A DNA stretch of 64,000 bases from Parcubacteria group bacterium (GTDB taxonomy: Bacteria; Patescibacteriota; Minisyncoccia; UBA6257; Colwellbacteraceae), in assembly GCA_041649615.1 (NCBI GenBank), contig JBAZMT010000001.1, positions 90,981 to 154,980 on the forward strand, read 5' to 3'. Numbering within the stretch: position 1 is the first letter of the stretch; each line of letters opens with the position of its first letter. The position numbers were made by a program, and so were the translations under genes. Shown in pieces: positions 28,017 through 37,440 of the stretch. Below the pieces are notes generated by a model. That model saw only the letters and a program-made list of their open reading frames with translations, searched no databases and was not told the origin of the DNA.

Positions 28017-29205
28017 AAGAGAAAAACATGGCTAACGGCACCGACCATATAATCATAGCGTTCGGAATAAACGATAACCAATTAAAGCGACCGAATAAAA
28101 TCGGTATTACCGGCGAAACGGCCAATTCGGCGGAAAAACATTCCGTGATAACCGATCCCATGAAACCGATTTCCCTTTCTCTGAAAAATAACTTTTTGAG
28201 ACGCGGAGCGATGAAAACAATGCCGAAAAAAGCGGCAAAAGAAAGAATAAATCCGGCGTCTTCCATAATGATAAAAGGATCGGAGACGACCATTAAAAGA
28301 GCGGCCAGAGCCATCGGCCCTTTGACGCTCACGAGTCTCCCCATATTTTTGGTAAGCATGGCGATCAATCCCATAATGGCGGCACGAACGACGGAGGCCG
28401 AAGGACCGACCAGTAAAACAAAAATGATTATGCCGAGAGTGGCGGCGAAAGGACGCCACTTAACGGGCAATAAGAAAAATATAATCGCAAAGAAAGAAGC
28501 CACTATTGTAATATTAAAACCCGACAAAGCAACGATATGCGTGGTACCCGTAGCACTTAGATCATCCTTGAACTCCGGTGTAAATCCCGATTTGTCGCCA
28601 AAGATGATTCCATCCGCGAGGGCTGAAGAATTAGGAGATAAAATTCTTTTAAAATTTTCCGACATACGCTTGCGGATGGAAAAAAGAGAGCACATAAATC
28701 CTTTGCATTCGTCACCGATTATTTCCGTGTTTTTACAAAAAACGCTGGGTTTCCCTGAAGCCAGTAGGTCCTTTTTGCAATCCAGCGCCAATATATTCCC
28801 GTATTTTAAGTCCTCATAACTTTCCGCCGTAAGGTTCAGTTTTTTACCGTCCGCCAATTTAAGATTAAACTTCACTAATCCGCCGTAATCCGAAGGATAA
28901 GAAATAATTTTTCCTTCTATGTGAAAATTTCCGCTGTCTGGCGGAATAAAACTCGAAGAAAACGATTTATAAAGGAAAGGATAAAGGCAGCCAAGGGCGC
29001 AGGCAAAAAGAAAGAGAGCAACAATCCGGCTGGCTCTCATGAATATCGCAAAAAAAAGAGATAAGATAAGCAGTCCGGCAAAAACGGCGCCCGGATGATC
29101 TATGACGGATGCGATTATCGTACCCGTGCAGAAGCAAATTGCCGACCAAACGAAAACATTCCCCTTCGCCATTTTAAAAAAAATAGCGCTAGAGCATTTG
29201 GGCAA
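27898..29205 (-). CDS. comEC: ComEC/Rec2 membrane (competence) domain protein
   Basis: 435 aa polytopic membrane protein with ComEC competence-domain pattern; overlaps downstream MBL ORF by 119 nt in a different frame. Confidence 0.7.
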   Translation of the reverse strand: MPKCSSAIFFKMAKGNVFVWSAICFCTGTIIASVIDHPGAVFAGLLILSLFFAIFMRASRIVALFLFACALGCLYPFLYKSFSSSFIPPDSGNFHIEGKIISYPSDYGGLVKFNLKLADGKKLNLTAESYEDLKYGNILALDCKKDLLASGKPSVFCKNTEIIGDECKGFMCSLFSIRKRMSENFKRILSPNSSALADGIIFGDKSGFTPEFKDDLSATGTTHIVALSGFNITIVASFFAIIFFLLPVKWRPFAATLGIIIFVLLVGPSASVVRAAIMGLIAMLTKNMGRLVSVKGPMALAALLMVVSDPFIIMEDAGFILSFAAFFGIVFIAPRLKKLFFREREIGFMGSVITECFSAELAVSPVIPILFGRFNWLSFIPNAMIIWSVPLAMFFSFVSGILSFISNYLAFPFSILAESLLSYEIGIINFFARYL

Positions 29206-29707
29206 TAGTTTTTCCGAATTCTTCCGCCGAAAGATGATTAAAGGCCGTTATTATATTTCCATCGGTAACGACAGACTCGCCGGAATAGATTCCTCCCTTT
29301 TTCACTATCAATTCGGGAACTTCGTTGTTATCTTCCGTTTTCCATCCGGTTGCGCGTTTGCCTTTAAGCAGTCCGGCTTTCGCAAGAATCGCCGGCGCGT
29401 AGCAAATCGCCCCGATCGGTTTCCCCGATGAGGCAAATTTGCGGGCAAGATCGGAAACAGCAACGTCTCCGACATATTCTTTTGATCCCGGGCCGCCGAT
29501 AAAAGCAATCCCGTCGTAATCATCGGGGTTGATGTCGCTCAGAAGCAAATCAATCGGCGTGGTTCCTCCTTTGACGCCTTTCGCTTCCGTAAGATCGGTA
29601 CTCGCGACTTTGACAACAACACCCGAGGCAATAAGCTCGGAGAGCGTTCTTTCGTATTCCTCGTCCCTATAATCTTCATGCGCTAAAACCAATACGATGT
29701 GCTTCAC
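29189..29707 (-). CDS. DJ-1/PfpI family protein
   Basis: 172 aa; nucleophile elbow AICYAP, class I glutamine amidotransferase-like fold. Confidence 0.7.
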   Translation of the reverse strand: MKHIVLVLAHEDYRDEEYERTLSELIASGVVVKVASTDLTEAKGVKGGTTPIDLLLSDINPDDYDGIAFIGGPGSKEYVGDVAVSDLARKFASSGKPIGAICYAPAILAKAGLLKGKRATGWKTEDNNEVPELIVKKGGIYSGESVVTDGNIITAFNHLSAEEFGKTIAQML

Positions 29708-29728
29708 TTATTCCGTAATTATATCAAA

Positions 29729-30844
29729 TTAAGAAACGATTACTCCCCCGCCGAGCATTTCACATTCGGATGAATAAAAAACGGCGGATTGTCCGGGCGC
29801 TACAAACGGAACCGGTTTCTCAAAAACGATAGTTCCCTTCCCTCCTTTAAGCATATTGATCTTCGCTTTTGCCGGAAAAGTTCGATATCTTACGCGGACA
29901 AATATTTCAGAGTTATCTTTAACTGATTCTGAAATGAGACTTACGCTTTCAAGCGTAACCGTCTTTGCAAAAAGAAGAGGATGATTTTTGGGAGCAACGA
30001 TGAGCGAGTTCGTACCCATGTCTTTTCCCGCGACATAGAAAATTTCGTTGCCGCCCATGCCCTCAATTCCCAAGTGTCTTTGGCCGAGGGTGTAAAAATA
30101 AAGGCCTTTGTGATTCCCTATCTTTTTTCCTTCCGGAGTTATTATCGGCCCCGGATTTTCTTCAATGAATCGGGATAAAAATTCCGGCATTTTAAGACGT
30201 CCCAAAAAGCAGATTCCCTGCGAATCTTTCCGGTTCGCGTTCGGAAGGTTCGCGCGTTTCGCTATTTTTCTCACATCCGATTTGAGTAAATTCCCCAAAG
30301 GAAATAACGTTTTTTTCAGAGTTTCTTCATTCAAGGTCCAAAGAAAATAGCTTTGGTCTTTCGTCTTGTCTTTCGCTTCATAAATCGCATGCGTTTTTTC
30401 ATCAAGACGAGCGTAATGGCCGGTCGCGATAAAATCGGCGCCAAGTTTCATACTGCGTTTAAAAAAAAGGCCGAATTTAATCTCTTTATTGCACATCACG
30501 TCCGGATTCGGCGTGATCCCTCGTTTATACGCGGAAATCATATAATCAACGACTTCGCTTTTGTATTCGCGTTCCATATCCCAAACGTAAAAGGGAATAT
30601 TCAATTGTTCGGCGGCTCTGCGCGCCATAAGGGCGTCTTCTTCGGCGCAGCCGTCAACATTATAGCCTCGGATATAAACGCCCGTGACGTCATAACCTTT
30701 TTCTTTCAGTAAAAAAGCGGCAACGGACGAATCCACGCCACCAGACAATCCCACAAACACCCGTTTCGCCTTCCGCTTTGGCGCGAGACAGGTCGGCTCG
30801 CCGAGGCCAGCCCTTTTATTTACTTTTTTCGACGCGCTCAACAT
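29729..30844 (-). CDS. mnmA: tRNA-specific 2-thiouridylase
   Basis: PP-loop VGLSGGVDSS, catalytic Cys region. Confidence 0.85.
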   Translation of the reverse strand: MLSASKKVNKRAGLGEPTCLAPKRKAKRVFVGLSGGVDSSVAAFLLKEKGYDVTGVYIRGYNVDGCAEEDALMARRAAEQLNIPFYVWDMEREYKSEVVDYMISAYKRGITPNPDVMCNKEIKFGLFFKRSMKLGADFIATGHYARLDEKTHAIYEAKDKTKDQSYFLWTLNEETLKKTLFPLGNLLKSDVRKIAKRANLPNANRKDSQGICFLGRLKMPEFLSRFIEENPGPIITPEGKKIGNHKGLYFYTLGQRHLGIEGMGGNEIFYVAGKDMGTNSLIVAPKNHPLLFAKTVTLESVSLISESVKDNSEIFVRVRYRTFPAKAKINMLKGGKGTIVFEKPVPFVAPGQSAVFYSSECEMLGGGVIVS

Positions 30845-31388
30845 ACAAACCCGTTTCGGTATTCACTCTTATAACGTCTCCTTGATTGATGAAGAGAGGC
30901 GCTGTAATTTTCGCTCCGGTTTCAATTACGACAACTTTATCTCCTCCTTGAGCGGTATTGCCCTTAACCGCCGGCGGGGCATCCGTTACCTCAAACTCCA
31001 TCTTTACGGGCAAGATTATTTTAATGACTTTTCCTTGAAGCACGTAGGCCGTAACGAGCGTGTTCGCTGTCAAGAATTTGGAGGCATCTCCTATAACGTC
31101 TTCCTCTACCATAATTCTTGTTTTCGGGTCCGCGGGTGCCTGAAACCAATATTCGCCGCGATGCGAGTAAAGGAATTTCAATTCTTTTTTTTCAAAATCG
31201 GCTTCTTCAATGTTCTCCGAAGCTTGCCAAGAGCGGTCTACCACTTTTCCGGTTCTTAAACTCTTGAGTTTGCTCTGCACCACCGCTTTTCTTTGCTGCA
31301 TTCTCACGAAGCTCGTATCAACGACTTCATAAGGCTCGTTATTGAGGAGAATGATTACTCCTTTCTTCAGTTCCGTATAGGAAATCAT
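30816..31388 (-). CDS. efp: elongation factor P
   Basis: 190 aa; three OB/KOW-like domains, EF-P N-terminal pattern. Confidence 0.85.
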   Translation of the reverse strand: MISYTELKKGVIILLNNEPYEVVDTSFVRMQQRKAVVQSKLKSLRTGKVVDRSWQASENIEEADFEKKELKFLYSHRGEYWFQAPADPKTRIMVEEDVIGDASKFLTANTLVTAYVLQGKVIKIILPVKMEFEVTDAPPAVKGNTAQGGDKVVVIETGAKITAPLFINQGDVIRVNTETGLYVERVEKSK

Positions 31389-31390
31389 GT

Positions 31391-32854
31391 CTATTCGTCG
31401 TTTATTTCGTTCTTTTCCGCCTTGATATCGGATGAAGATTCGTCCGAATGCATTGCTTTGTCAAGAGCGGCGCGAAGATCGTCCATTACCACCTCTCTTT
31501 TCGGTTTTACGGGCCGAAGGATTTTTTCAAGCGGGAGTTCGGTTCTACGCGCGATTCTTTCCTCGGTCTTTTCATTATTGTCTTCCCAACGTTCCATTAT
31601 CTTTTTTTCTATCTGCGCTCTCGGCATACCGTATTTATTCCGACTGGTCTCAATTATCATATCTTTCACCGAATTCTCCCCTTCTCTGTGAGAAAGGAAA
31701 TCAAGATTACGCGCCGAGAAGGGTCTTGAGGCGATGCCGTCTATCATAAGTTTGATGTAAAAATGATGTTTACCCGTGTTTACAAGATCAGTTGCCATAA
31801 ATTCGGGAGAGAATTCTTTTTCCAAAAATTCAGCGTCTTCGGCGCCGACCCTGAAGGCGATGAGCGTACCGACGTTTCCGAAGATGGCTGGACGCACCGT
31901 TTCCGAGAGCTGTTCAATGTATTGATGGGCAAGAATGAGACTTAACCTGTATTTGCGAGCTTCGGAGAGAATGACCGCAAAAGAATCGGTGGAAAAATTT
32001 TGAAATTCGTCTATATAGAGGAAAAAATCCTTTCTTTCAAATTCGGAAGTGTCTATTCGGCTCATGGCCGCTTGCTGAAGTTTCGTGATCAGCATGGCTC
32101 CCAAAAGAGCGGAATTGTCTTCTCCGATTTTTCCGTGAGAAAGATTGGCAATCAAAATTTTTCCGTCATCCATCACGCTTCTCATATTCACGGACGATTT
32201 CGGCTGACCGATGATATTCCTGATTAAAGGATTCGCGATAAACTGACCTACTTTGTTTTGAATGGCGGCAACCGCTTCTGAAGCATATCTGTCCGTATAT
32301 TTGCCGAATTCGTTAAGCCAAAAGTTTTTGACCACCGGATCTTCCAAGATAGCGGTGATTTTTTCCCTGAAACGCTTATCCGTGAGCATTTTCATCACGT
32401 CTAAGAGCGTAGAGTTCGGAAATTCCAAAAGGGCGAGCAAAGTATTGTTCAAGATGTATTCCATTCTCGCCGACCAGGCGTCAACCCATATTTTTTTGAA
32501 AACGCCCATCATGCCGGAAGCGATGAGATGTCTGAAGCTTCCTTCTACGCCTTCAAGCGGATTGAAACCGATCGGGTGATCAATATCCGCCGGATTGAAA
32601 TAGATAACGTCGTCAATGCGTTCCGGAGGAACGAAATCAAGCATTTTTTCCGCAAATTGACCGTGCGGATCAATAAGACCGACTCCTTTGCCGTTTCGGA
32701 TGTCTTCGGCCACCATATTTTCCATCATGGTGGTTTTACCCATACCTGTTTTTCCGATCAGGTACATGTGCCTGCGGCGATCGTCCACCTTAATGCCAAA
32801 GCGTTCTTCCCGATTCCTGAAACTGGTTTTTCCAAAAAAATTAACTTCTTCCAT
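31391..32854 (-). CDS. FtsK/HerA/TraD(VirD4)-superfamily P-loop ATPase without TM segments
   Basis: Walker A IGKTGMGKTT followed ~20 aa later by LIDPHGQF (HerA/TrwB-like DPxG), C-terminal YIDEFQNF and SEARKYRLSLILAHQYIEQL...FRVG (TraG/TraD/HerA C-terminal pattern). Confidence 0.6.
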   Translation of the reverse strand: MEEVNFFGKTSFRNREERFGIKVDDRRRHMYLIGKTGMGKTTMMENMVAEDIRNGKGVGLIDPHGQFAEKMLDFVPPERIDDVIYFNPADIDHPIGFNPLEGVEGSFRHLIASGMMGVFKKIWVDAWSARMEYILNNTLLALLEFPNSTLLDVMKMLTDKRFREKITAILEDPVVKNFWLNEFGKYTDRYASEAVAAIQNKVGQFIANPLIRNIIGQPKSSVNMRSVMDDGKILIANLSHGKIGEDNSALLGAMLITKLQQAAMSRIDTSEFERKDFFLYIDEFQNFSTDSFAVILSEARKYRLSLILAHQYIEQLSETVRPAIFGNVGTLIAFRVGAEDAEFLEKEFSPEFMATDLVNTGKHHFYIKLMIDGIASRPFSARNLDFLSHREGENSVKDMIIETSRNKYGMPRAQIEKKIMERWEDNNEKTEERIARRTELPLEKILRPVKPKREVVMDDLRAALDKAMHSDESSSDIKAEKNEINDE

Positions 32855-32865
32855 AGGGCTTTAAA

Positions 32866-34161
32866 TTATCCAATAGGCAAATTCGCCGGAGGGGCGCCTT
32901 TCTTTGATTCAAGCTGACCTAGACCCGGAGCCGCAACGCGTCCGATAGGCGGGTGGAAAATGGTCGCGAGTTCTTCCACGTTCATGAGCGAAGGTTCAAG
33001 CGCTTTCTTAAACATTGACTGCACGTTCGTCAAAAGAGAAAGACTTCTTTCAATGTAGCTTTTATATATTTCTTTTTTCTTTCTTAAGATTATTTCTTTT
33101 TTGCGAGGAACGAAAAATCGCGGAGGAATGGTCATAGTGAGAGCGGCCGGACGCATGCCGTTTAGGTTCTGCGTATTGAACTGCTGGAAAGCGCTCATTG
33201 CAGCCTTGAAATTGCTGCCGCTGAAACTATCTTTCTTGTCTATGTAAATTATCCTCGTAATAGTTTCAAAAGCCAGTTTGGACGCTTTAGCGTCTACCGC
33301 TCTGATTATTTCGGCGTCTTGAGCGGAAACGCTTTTGGGTTTTTCTTCGGGTTTGTCACTCCACTCGGGAAGTTTTACGGGCGCCAAAACGGCCTCTCTA
33401 GTAAATTCCAAAAGTCCGCCAACTACGCCTTTCTTTTCTTCTTTCTTTCCGGACTTTTCAGCGATGACTTTTTTAGCCGCTTCTTTCAATTTGTCGCCGG
33501 CCGGACGAACAAGAGTTTGTATCCACATCCGCTCGTCCGATTTCAGACTGGACATTACTTCGGCTAAAATGGCAATCGGATCAACTTCCTGTTCTTCATA
33601 TTTTCTTTCGCCGAAGAAGTAAGGATAGGTTTTCATGGGATAAGCGCTGTCTTTGCCCAAGATCATATCGGCTCCCATAATGTCATACTCCTCATTCGGA
33701 AGATCGGGCGGAAATTCTTTTATGTAATCTTTATCCGCTTCAAATATTTCCGCTCCCGGATATTCGGCGAATATGGCCGATTCCACGAGGGCGCGATTCT
33801 TTTTGTTCGTTCTCAAGAAAAACCTGATGCCTTCTCTTGAAGAAATCATTTCGGCGGAAATCGTTTCTTCAAACTGGCCTTCAAGCCATTTTTTTTCCGG
33901 CTTGATACCGAAACTGTATATCTGATAAAAGCTCGCGAATATTTGTTCCATGGCCTTCGGGAAAGTCTCGTTGTCTTTCGGGAATTTGATCTCCAAAAGG
34001 ATGTATTCTATGCCCGAGGCAAATTTATCCTGCGATTCGTCAAGCCACCAATTTTTGAGAAAAATTATGATAAATCTCAAAACCAAAAAGATGGCGATAA
34101 GCGTCAGCGCTCCCAAGACAATGTCGCCAAAGTACTCCTCTAATCCGGAGAGGAACTCCAT
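32866..34161 (-). CDS. N-terminally membrane-anchored protein of unknown function (431 aa)
   Basis: single predicted TM (IVLGALTLIAIFLVLRFIIIFL) then large soluble domain; no recognisable motifs. Confidence 0.3.
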   Translation of the reverse strand: MEFLSGLEEYFGDIVLGALTLIAIFLVLRFIIIFLKNWWLDESQDKFASGIEYILLEIKFPKDNETFPKAMEQIFASFYQIYSFGIKPEKKWLEGQFEETISAEMISSREGIRFFLRTNKKNRALVESAIFAEYPGAEIFEADKDYIKEFPPDLPNEEYDIMGADMILGKDSAYPMKTYPYFFGERKYEEQEVDPIAILAEVMSSLKSDERMWIQTLVRPAGDKLKEAAKKVIAEKSGKKEEKKGVVGGLLEFTREAVLAPVKLPEWSDKPEEKPKSVSAQDAEIIRAVDAKASKLAFETITRIIYIDKKDSFSGSNFKAAMSAFQQFNTQNLNGMRPAALTMTIPPRFFVPRKKEIILRKKKEIYKSYIERSLSLLTNVQSMFKKALEPSLMNVEELATIFHPPIGRVAAPGLGQLESKKGAPPANLPIG

Positions 34162-34166
34162 AGGTT

Positions 34167-35030
34167 TTATTTTAGCTTAAGTCCGTAAGTTCCGCGACCC
34201 ATAAGGATGAATCGGGGATCTTTAATAAGCTCGTTGTGAACCGTGGGCGCGTGACTCTTTATCATTCTCGCGATTTCCGTGAAGTGCATCGGTTTTCCTT
34301 CTCTCTTCAAGAGAACGAAAGCTTTGGCGCGGACGGTTTTCGGATTTATTTCTTCCCATTCGGAAAGACCGATGTCGCCGTAGGGACCGACTCCCAGACG
34401 CTTGGAAACCTCTAGAAATCCGAGAATAACGCTTTCTTGGACGTTTTTAGGAATGGATATGGAACGGAGCAATTCATCAAATTGTTCGACAGCCGTGAGA
34501 TTTCGCGTGATTTCTTCGTGAATCGTCTCCATTTTCTTCTTCGCTTCGTCGTTTACATACCAATAGCTGTGAAAAACGTTGTTCTCTTCGGAAAAGTAAG
34601 GAAATTCCGTGACCCGAAATACGAATCGCGCTTTATTGCCGAAAACATCTCTTTCTTCCGCGGATTTCGCAATGGAATGAAGTTCTTCCATAAACATATC
34701 GTCTTTTCTGAGTCCTCCGGTGGCAAAAAGATGACGTTCGGCGAATTCCTTGAGCGCCGCTACTTCCTCAAAATTACCAATGCTCTTTTTGAGCTCATTT
34801 ACGGCCTGAGATTCTAACTGGCGAACGCGTTCTCGCGTGATGCCGTATTTGGCGCCAAGAGCCTGGAGGGTAAAAGTCTTTTTGGATTCAAGGCCAAAAC
34901 GCTTGTTTAAGATATTTGAACTTCGCGCGTCCAAATCGGCGTCTTCAAGCAGCTTTTTGATGAAGTTTTGCATATCCAAACCAGAAAGATTCATGGTTCT
35001 GATAGTACAACTTTTTAAATTTGATGTCAA
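34167..35030 (-). CDS. sigma-70 region 4-like HTH protein with uncharacterised C-terminal domain
   Basis: LTLQALGAKYGITRERVRQLESQAVNELKK resembles sigma-70 r4 helix-turn-helix. Confidence 0.4.
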   Translation of the reverse strand: MTSNLKSCTIRTMNLSGLDMQNFIKKLLEDADLDARSSNILNKRFGLESKKTFTLQALGAKYGITRERVRQLESQAVNELKKSIGNFEEVAALKEFAERHLFATGGLRKDDMFMEELHSIAKSAEERDVFGNKARFVFRVTEFPYFSEENNVFHSYWYVNDEAKKKMETIHEEITRNLTAVEQFDELLRSISIPKNVQESVILGFLEVSKRLGVGPYGDIGLSEWEEINPKTVRAKAFVLLKREGKPMHFTEIARMIKSHAPTVHNELIKDPRFILMGRGTYGLKLK

Positions 35031-35041
35031 ATGAAAGTCCT

Positions 35042-36028
35042 TTATTTTGCCGTTTTACGAGCAGCCCGTTTGGCTTGAAGATCATGCCAAAGGGTTAAAA
35101 GCGGGCTTGCGAAGAAAATGGACGAATAGGTGCCGAAAAACATTCCGATAAGGATGGTAAGGGCAAAATATCTCATGGAAACCGGGCCGAAAATGGACAC
35201 GATGAGAAGGGCGATCATCGCGCCCGTCGCGGTAATCAGGGATCTCGTAAAGACTTCGTTTATGCTTCTGTTTGCCGTTTCGTCAAAATCGGCTTTTCCT
35301 TTCTGTCCGATAAGTTTTTCTCTTATGCGGTCAAAGATGACAATCGTGTCCTGAACGGAAAAACCGGCAATCGTTAAGAGAGCGACAATGAAATAGGTGT
35401 CTATAGGAATGCCTTTAAAGTGGCCGAGCGCGGCAAAAAATCCCGCCGGCACTAGAACGTCGTGAACAAGCGAAGCTAAGGTTACAAGCCCGTATTTGTA
35501 CGATTTAACCGGCCAGGACACTTTTCTGAAAGTAAAAGTGACGTAGAGAGCTATAACCAAAACCACGAGGGCGATAATCCATATCGCTTTGTTCCTCAAT
35601 TCGGAAGAAACGGAAGGTGAAGTGGTCCCGAAATCAAGTTCTCGCGCTTCGGGATATTCGGATAAAAGAGAATTCTTAAAAGCCGCGTGCTCTTCTTCCG
35701 AAATTTCCTTGAATATGAGCGAATACGATTCCGTAGAGGCGTCATAAGAAACAACCGGTTCTTCAATGCCGAGTTTCGTTTCCGCAAATTCGCGAACGGC
35801 GCGTTCATCGGTTCCTGGGATGCTTACCTGCCACATGGTGCCGCTCTTGAAATCAATGCCCGGCGTAAATCCAAAAATTGCAATGGAGGCAATCGACAAA
35901 GTGATGAGGAGCGCGGAAAAACCAATAAACCATTTTCTGTTTCCGATTATGTTTAGTTTCATTTTTTTATGCTTGTTTATTGTTTTGTTTTCCCGGGAAT
36001 ACCCGCAGCAAATTTCTCGTGACAACAT
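35042..36028 (-). CDS. secF: protein-export membrane protein SecF
   Basis: 328 aa; 6-TM SecDF C-terminal half pattern. Confidence 0.8.
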   Translation of the reverse strand: MLSREICCGYSRENKTINKHKKMKLNIIGNRKWFIGFSALLITLSIASIAIFGFTPGIDFKSGTMWQVSIPGTDERAVREFAETKLGIEEPVVSYDASTESYSLIFKEISEEEHAAFKNSLLSEYPEARELDFGTTSPSVSSELRNKAIWIIALVVLVIALYVTFTFRKVSWPVKSYKYGLVTLASLVHDVLVPAGFFAALGHFKGIPIDTYFIVALLTIAGFSVQDTIVIFDRIREKLIGQKGKADFDETANRSINEVFTRSLITATGAMIALLIVSIFGPVSMRYFALTILIGMFFGTYSSIFFASPLLTLWHDLQAKRAARKTAK

Positions 36029-37253
36029 AGGTCATCGCGATGTTTATCAAGATACCGACAAGGAGGGTTAAGGCAAATCCTTTAACGAAGCTTGAGGTAA
36101 AGAAGTAAAGGATAAGAGCGGTTAAAACGGTGCCGACGTTTGAATCTCTGATGGAAGACCAGGCAAGACGGAATCCCGATTCTATCGCCTGCGTGTTTTG
36201 CGTTCCGCGGCGAAGTTCTTCTTTAGCCCGTTCAAAGATAAGGATATTGGCGTCAAGCGCCGCTCCGATAGAGAGAATAAAACCGGTGATGCCCGACAAA
36301 CTCATCGTGAATCCAGGGGTGAGTTTGAAAATGGCAAGAGAAAAAATAACGTAAAGGATAAGGGAAAGGCCGGCGACAATGCCGCGTTTGCGGTAAATGG
36401 CAATGATAAAAGCGATAATCAAAAGAATGCTTATCACGCCGGCGACAAGAATACGTCCCAACGAGTCTTCGGCCGCGGTCGCGTTTACCGTGCGCTGGTT
36501 GCCGAGTTTAATCGGCGCAGAAAGGGCGCCGGCATTGAACCTTTCAACGAGTTTCTGCGCCGAATCAAGAGTTATTCCTTCGCCGGATATTTGCGCTTTG
36601 CCGCCGATTATTTTCTCTTGGACGACCGGCGCGCTTATGGGGGCACCGTCAAGAAAAATGGCTACTTGTTTGCCTATGTTACGCGCCGTAATTTCTTCAA
36701 ACAGTTTCGCGCCTTCATCGTTAAATTCCAAACTTACAACCGGTTGAGATACTCCTTGAGAACTGGTGGCAACGGAAGCGCGTTTGATGTGCCTGCCGGA
36801 GAGTTCGGTCGGGTCGCAAACAATCGAATCTTCCGTAATTACGCAATTTTCCCTGAAATCAAGAAAAGGGGTTTCCCCTATCTCTTTGACAGCATCAGAT
36901 ATTTCACTGATGCCCGCGAGTTCAACAAGAAGCTGTCTCGAGTCTCCCTTCTCAATGACGCGAACTCTCGGTTCCGAAACGCCGTAAAGGTCAATTCTTT
37001 TTTCAATAACGTCTTTTAGTCCGTTAGTAACAGCCGTGAAGTCGGCTCTGTCAACGCCCGTAAGGTCAATGTCATAGGTGAGCGCCGTTCCTCCGACAAG
37101 ATCAAGACCGAGTCTCCAAGGCAAAAATCTGTTTAAGAAAACATCGGGAACTTTGACCCCGGAGACGACAGTTCCCGGTTCGGGCAAAACAAAAAGAGAA
37201 GAAGCGACCGCGAGCAGAACGAGCGCAGAGATAAAAATTAGTTTGTGTTTCAT
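35967..37253 (-). CDS. secD: protein-export membrane protein SecD
   Basis: 428 aa; GLDLVGGTALTY motif, periplasmic domain plus 6 TM. Confidence 0.8.
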   Translation of the reverse strand: MKHKLIFISALVLLAVASSLFVLPEPGTVVSGVKVPDVFLNRFLPWRLGLDLVGGTALTYDIDLTGVDRADFTAVTNGLKDVIEKRIDLYGVSEPRVRVIEKGDSRQLLVELAGISEISDAVKEIGETPFLDFRENCVITEDSIVCDPTELSGRHIKRASVATSSQGVSQPVVSLEFNDEGAKLFEEITARNIGKQVAIFLDGAPISAPVVQEKIIGGKAQISGEGITLDSAQKLVERFNAGALSAPIKLGNQRTVNATAAEDSLGRILVAGVISILLIIAFIIAIYRKRGIVAGLSLILYVIFSLAIFKLTPGFTMSLSGITGFILSIGAALDANILIFERAKEELRRGTQNTQAIESGFRLAWSSIRDSNVGTVLTALILYFFTSSFVKGFALTLLVGILINIAMTYVVTRNLLRVFPGKQNNKQA

Positions 37254-37273
37254 ATAAAATTACTTGGTAATTG

Positions 37274-37350
37274 TAGTCCGTCCAGCGGTTCTCCCGACCC
37301 TCTTGAACGTTCGAGTCCGGATGGGCGGAATCCTTCGCTTCGCGGAGGAT
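37274..37350 (-). repeat. partial copy (copy 4) of tRNA-adjacent conserved repeat, immediately 3' of tRNA-Lys
   Basis: minus-strand ...UUCCGCCCAUCCGGACUCGAACGUUCAAGAGGGUCGGGAGAACC matches 5' ~45 nt of the core seen at 46221, 57935, 58399; preceded by imperfect inverted copy of tRNA-Lys 3' half. Confidence 0.45.
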
Positions 37351-37425
37351 TGGTCCGCCCAGGAGGACTCGAACCTCCAACTTTCTGCTTAAAAGGCAGC
37401 TACTCTACCATTGAGTTATGGGCGG
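37351..37425 (-). tRNA. tRNA-Lys (anticodon UUU), CCA encoded
   Basis: acceptor CCGCCCA/UGGGCGG, anticodon loop CUUUUAA, T-arm GGAGG-UUCGAGU-CCUCC, 3' ACCA. Confidence 0.85.
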
Positions 37426-37440
37426 AGGCGCAAAAAAATC

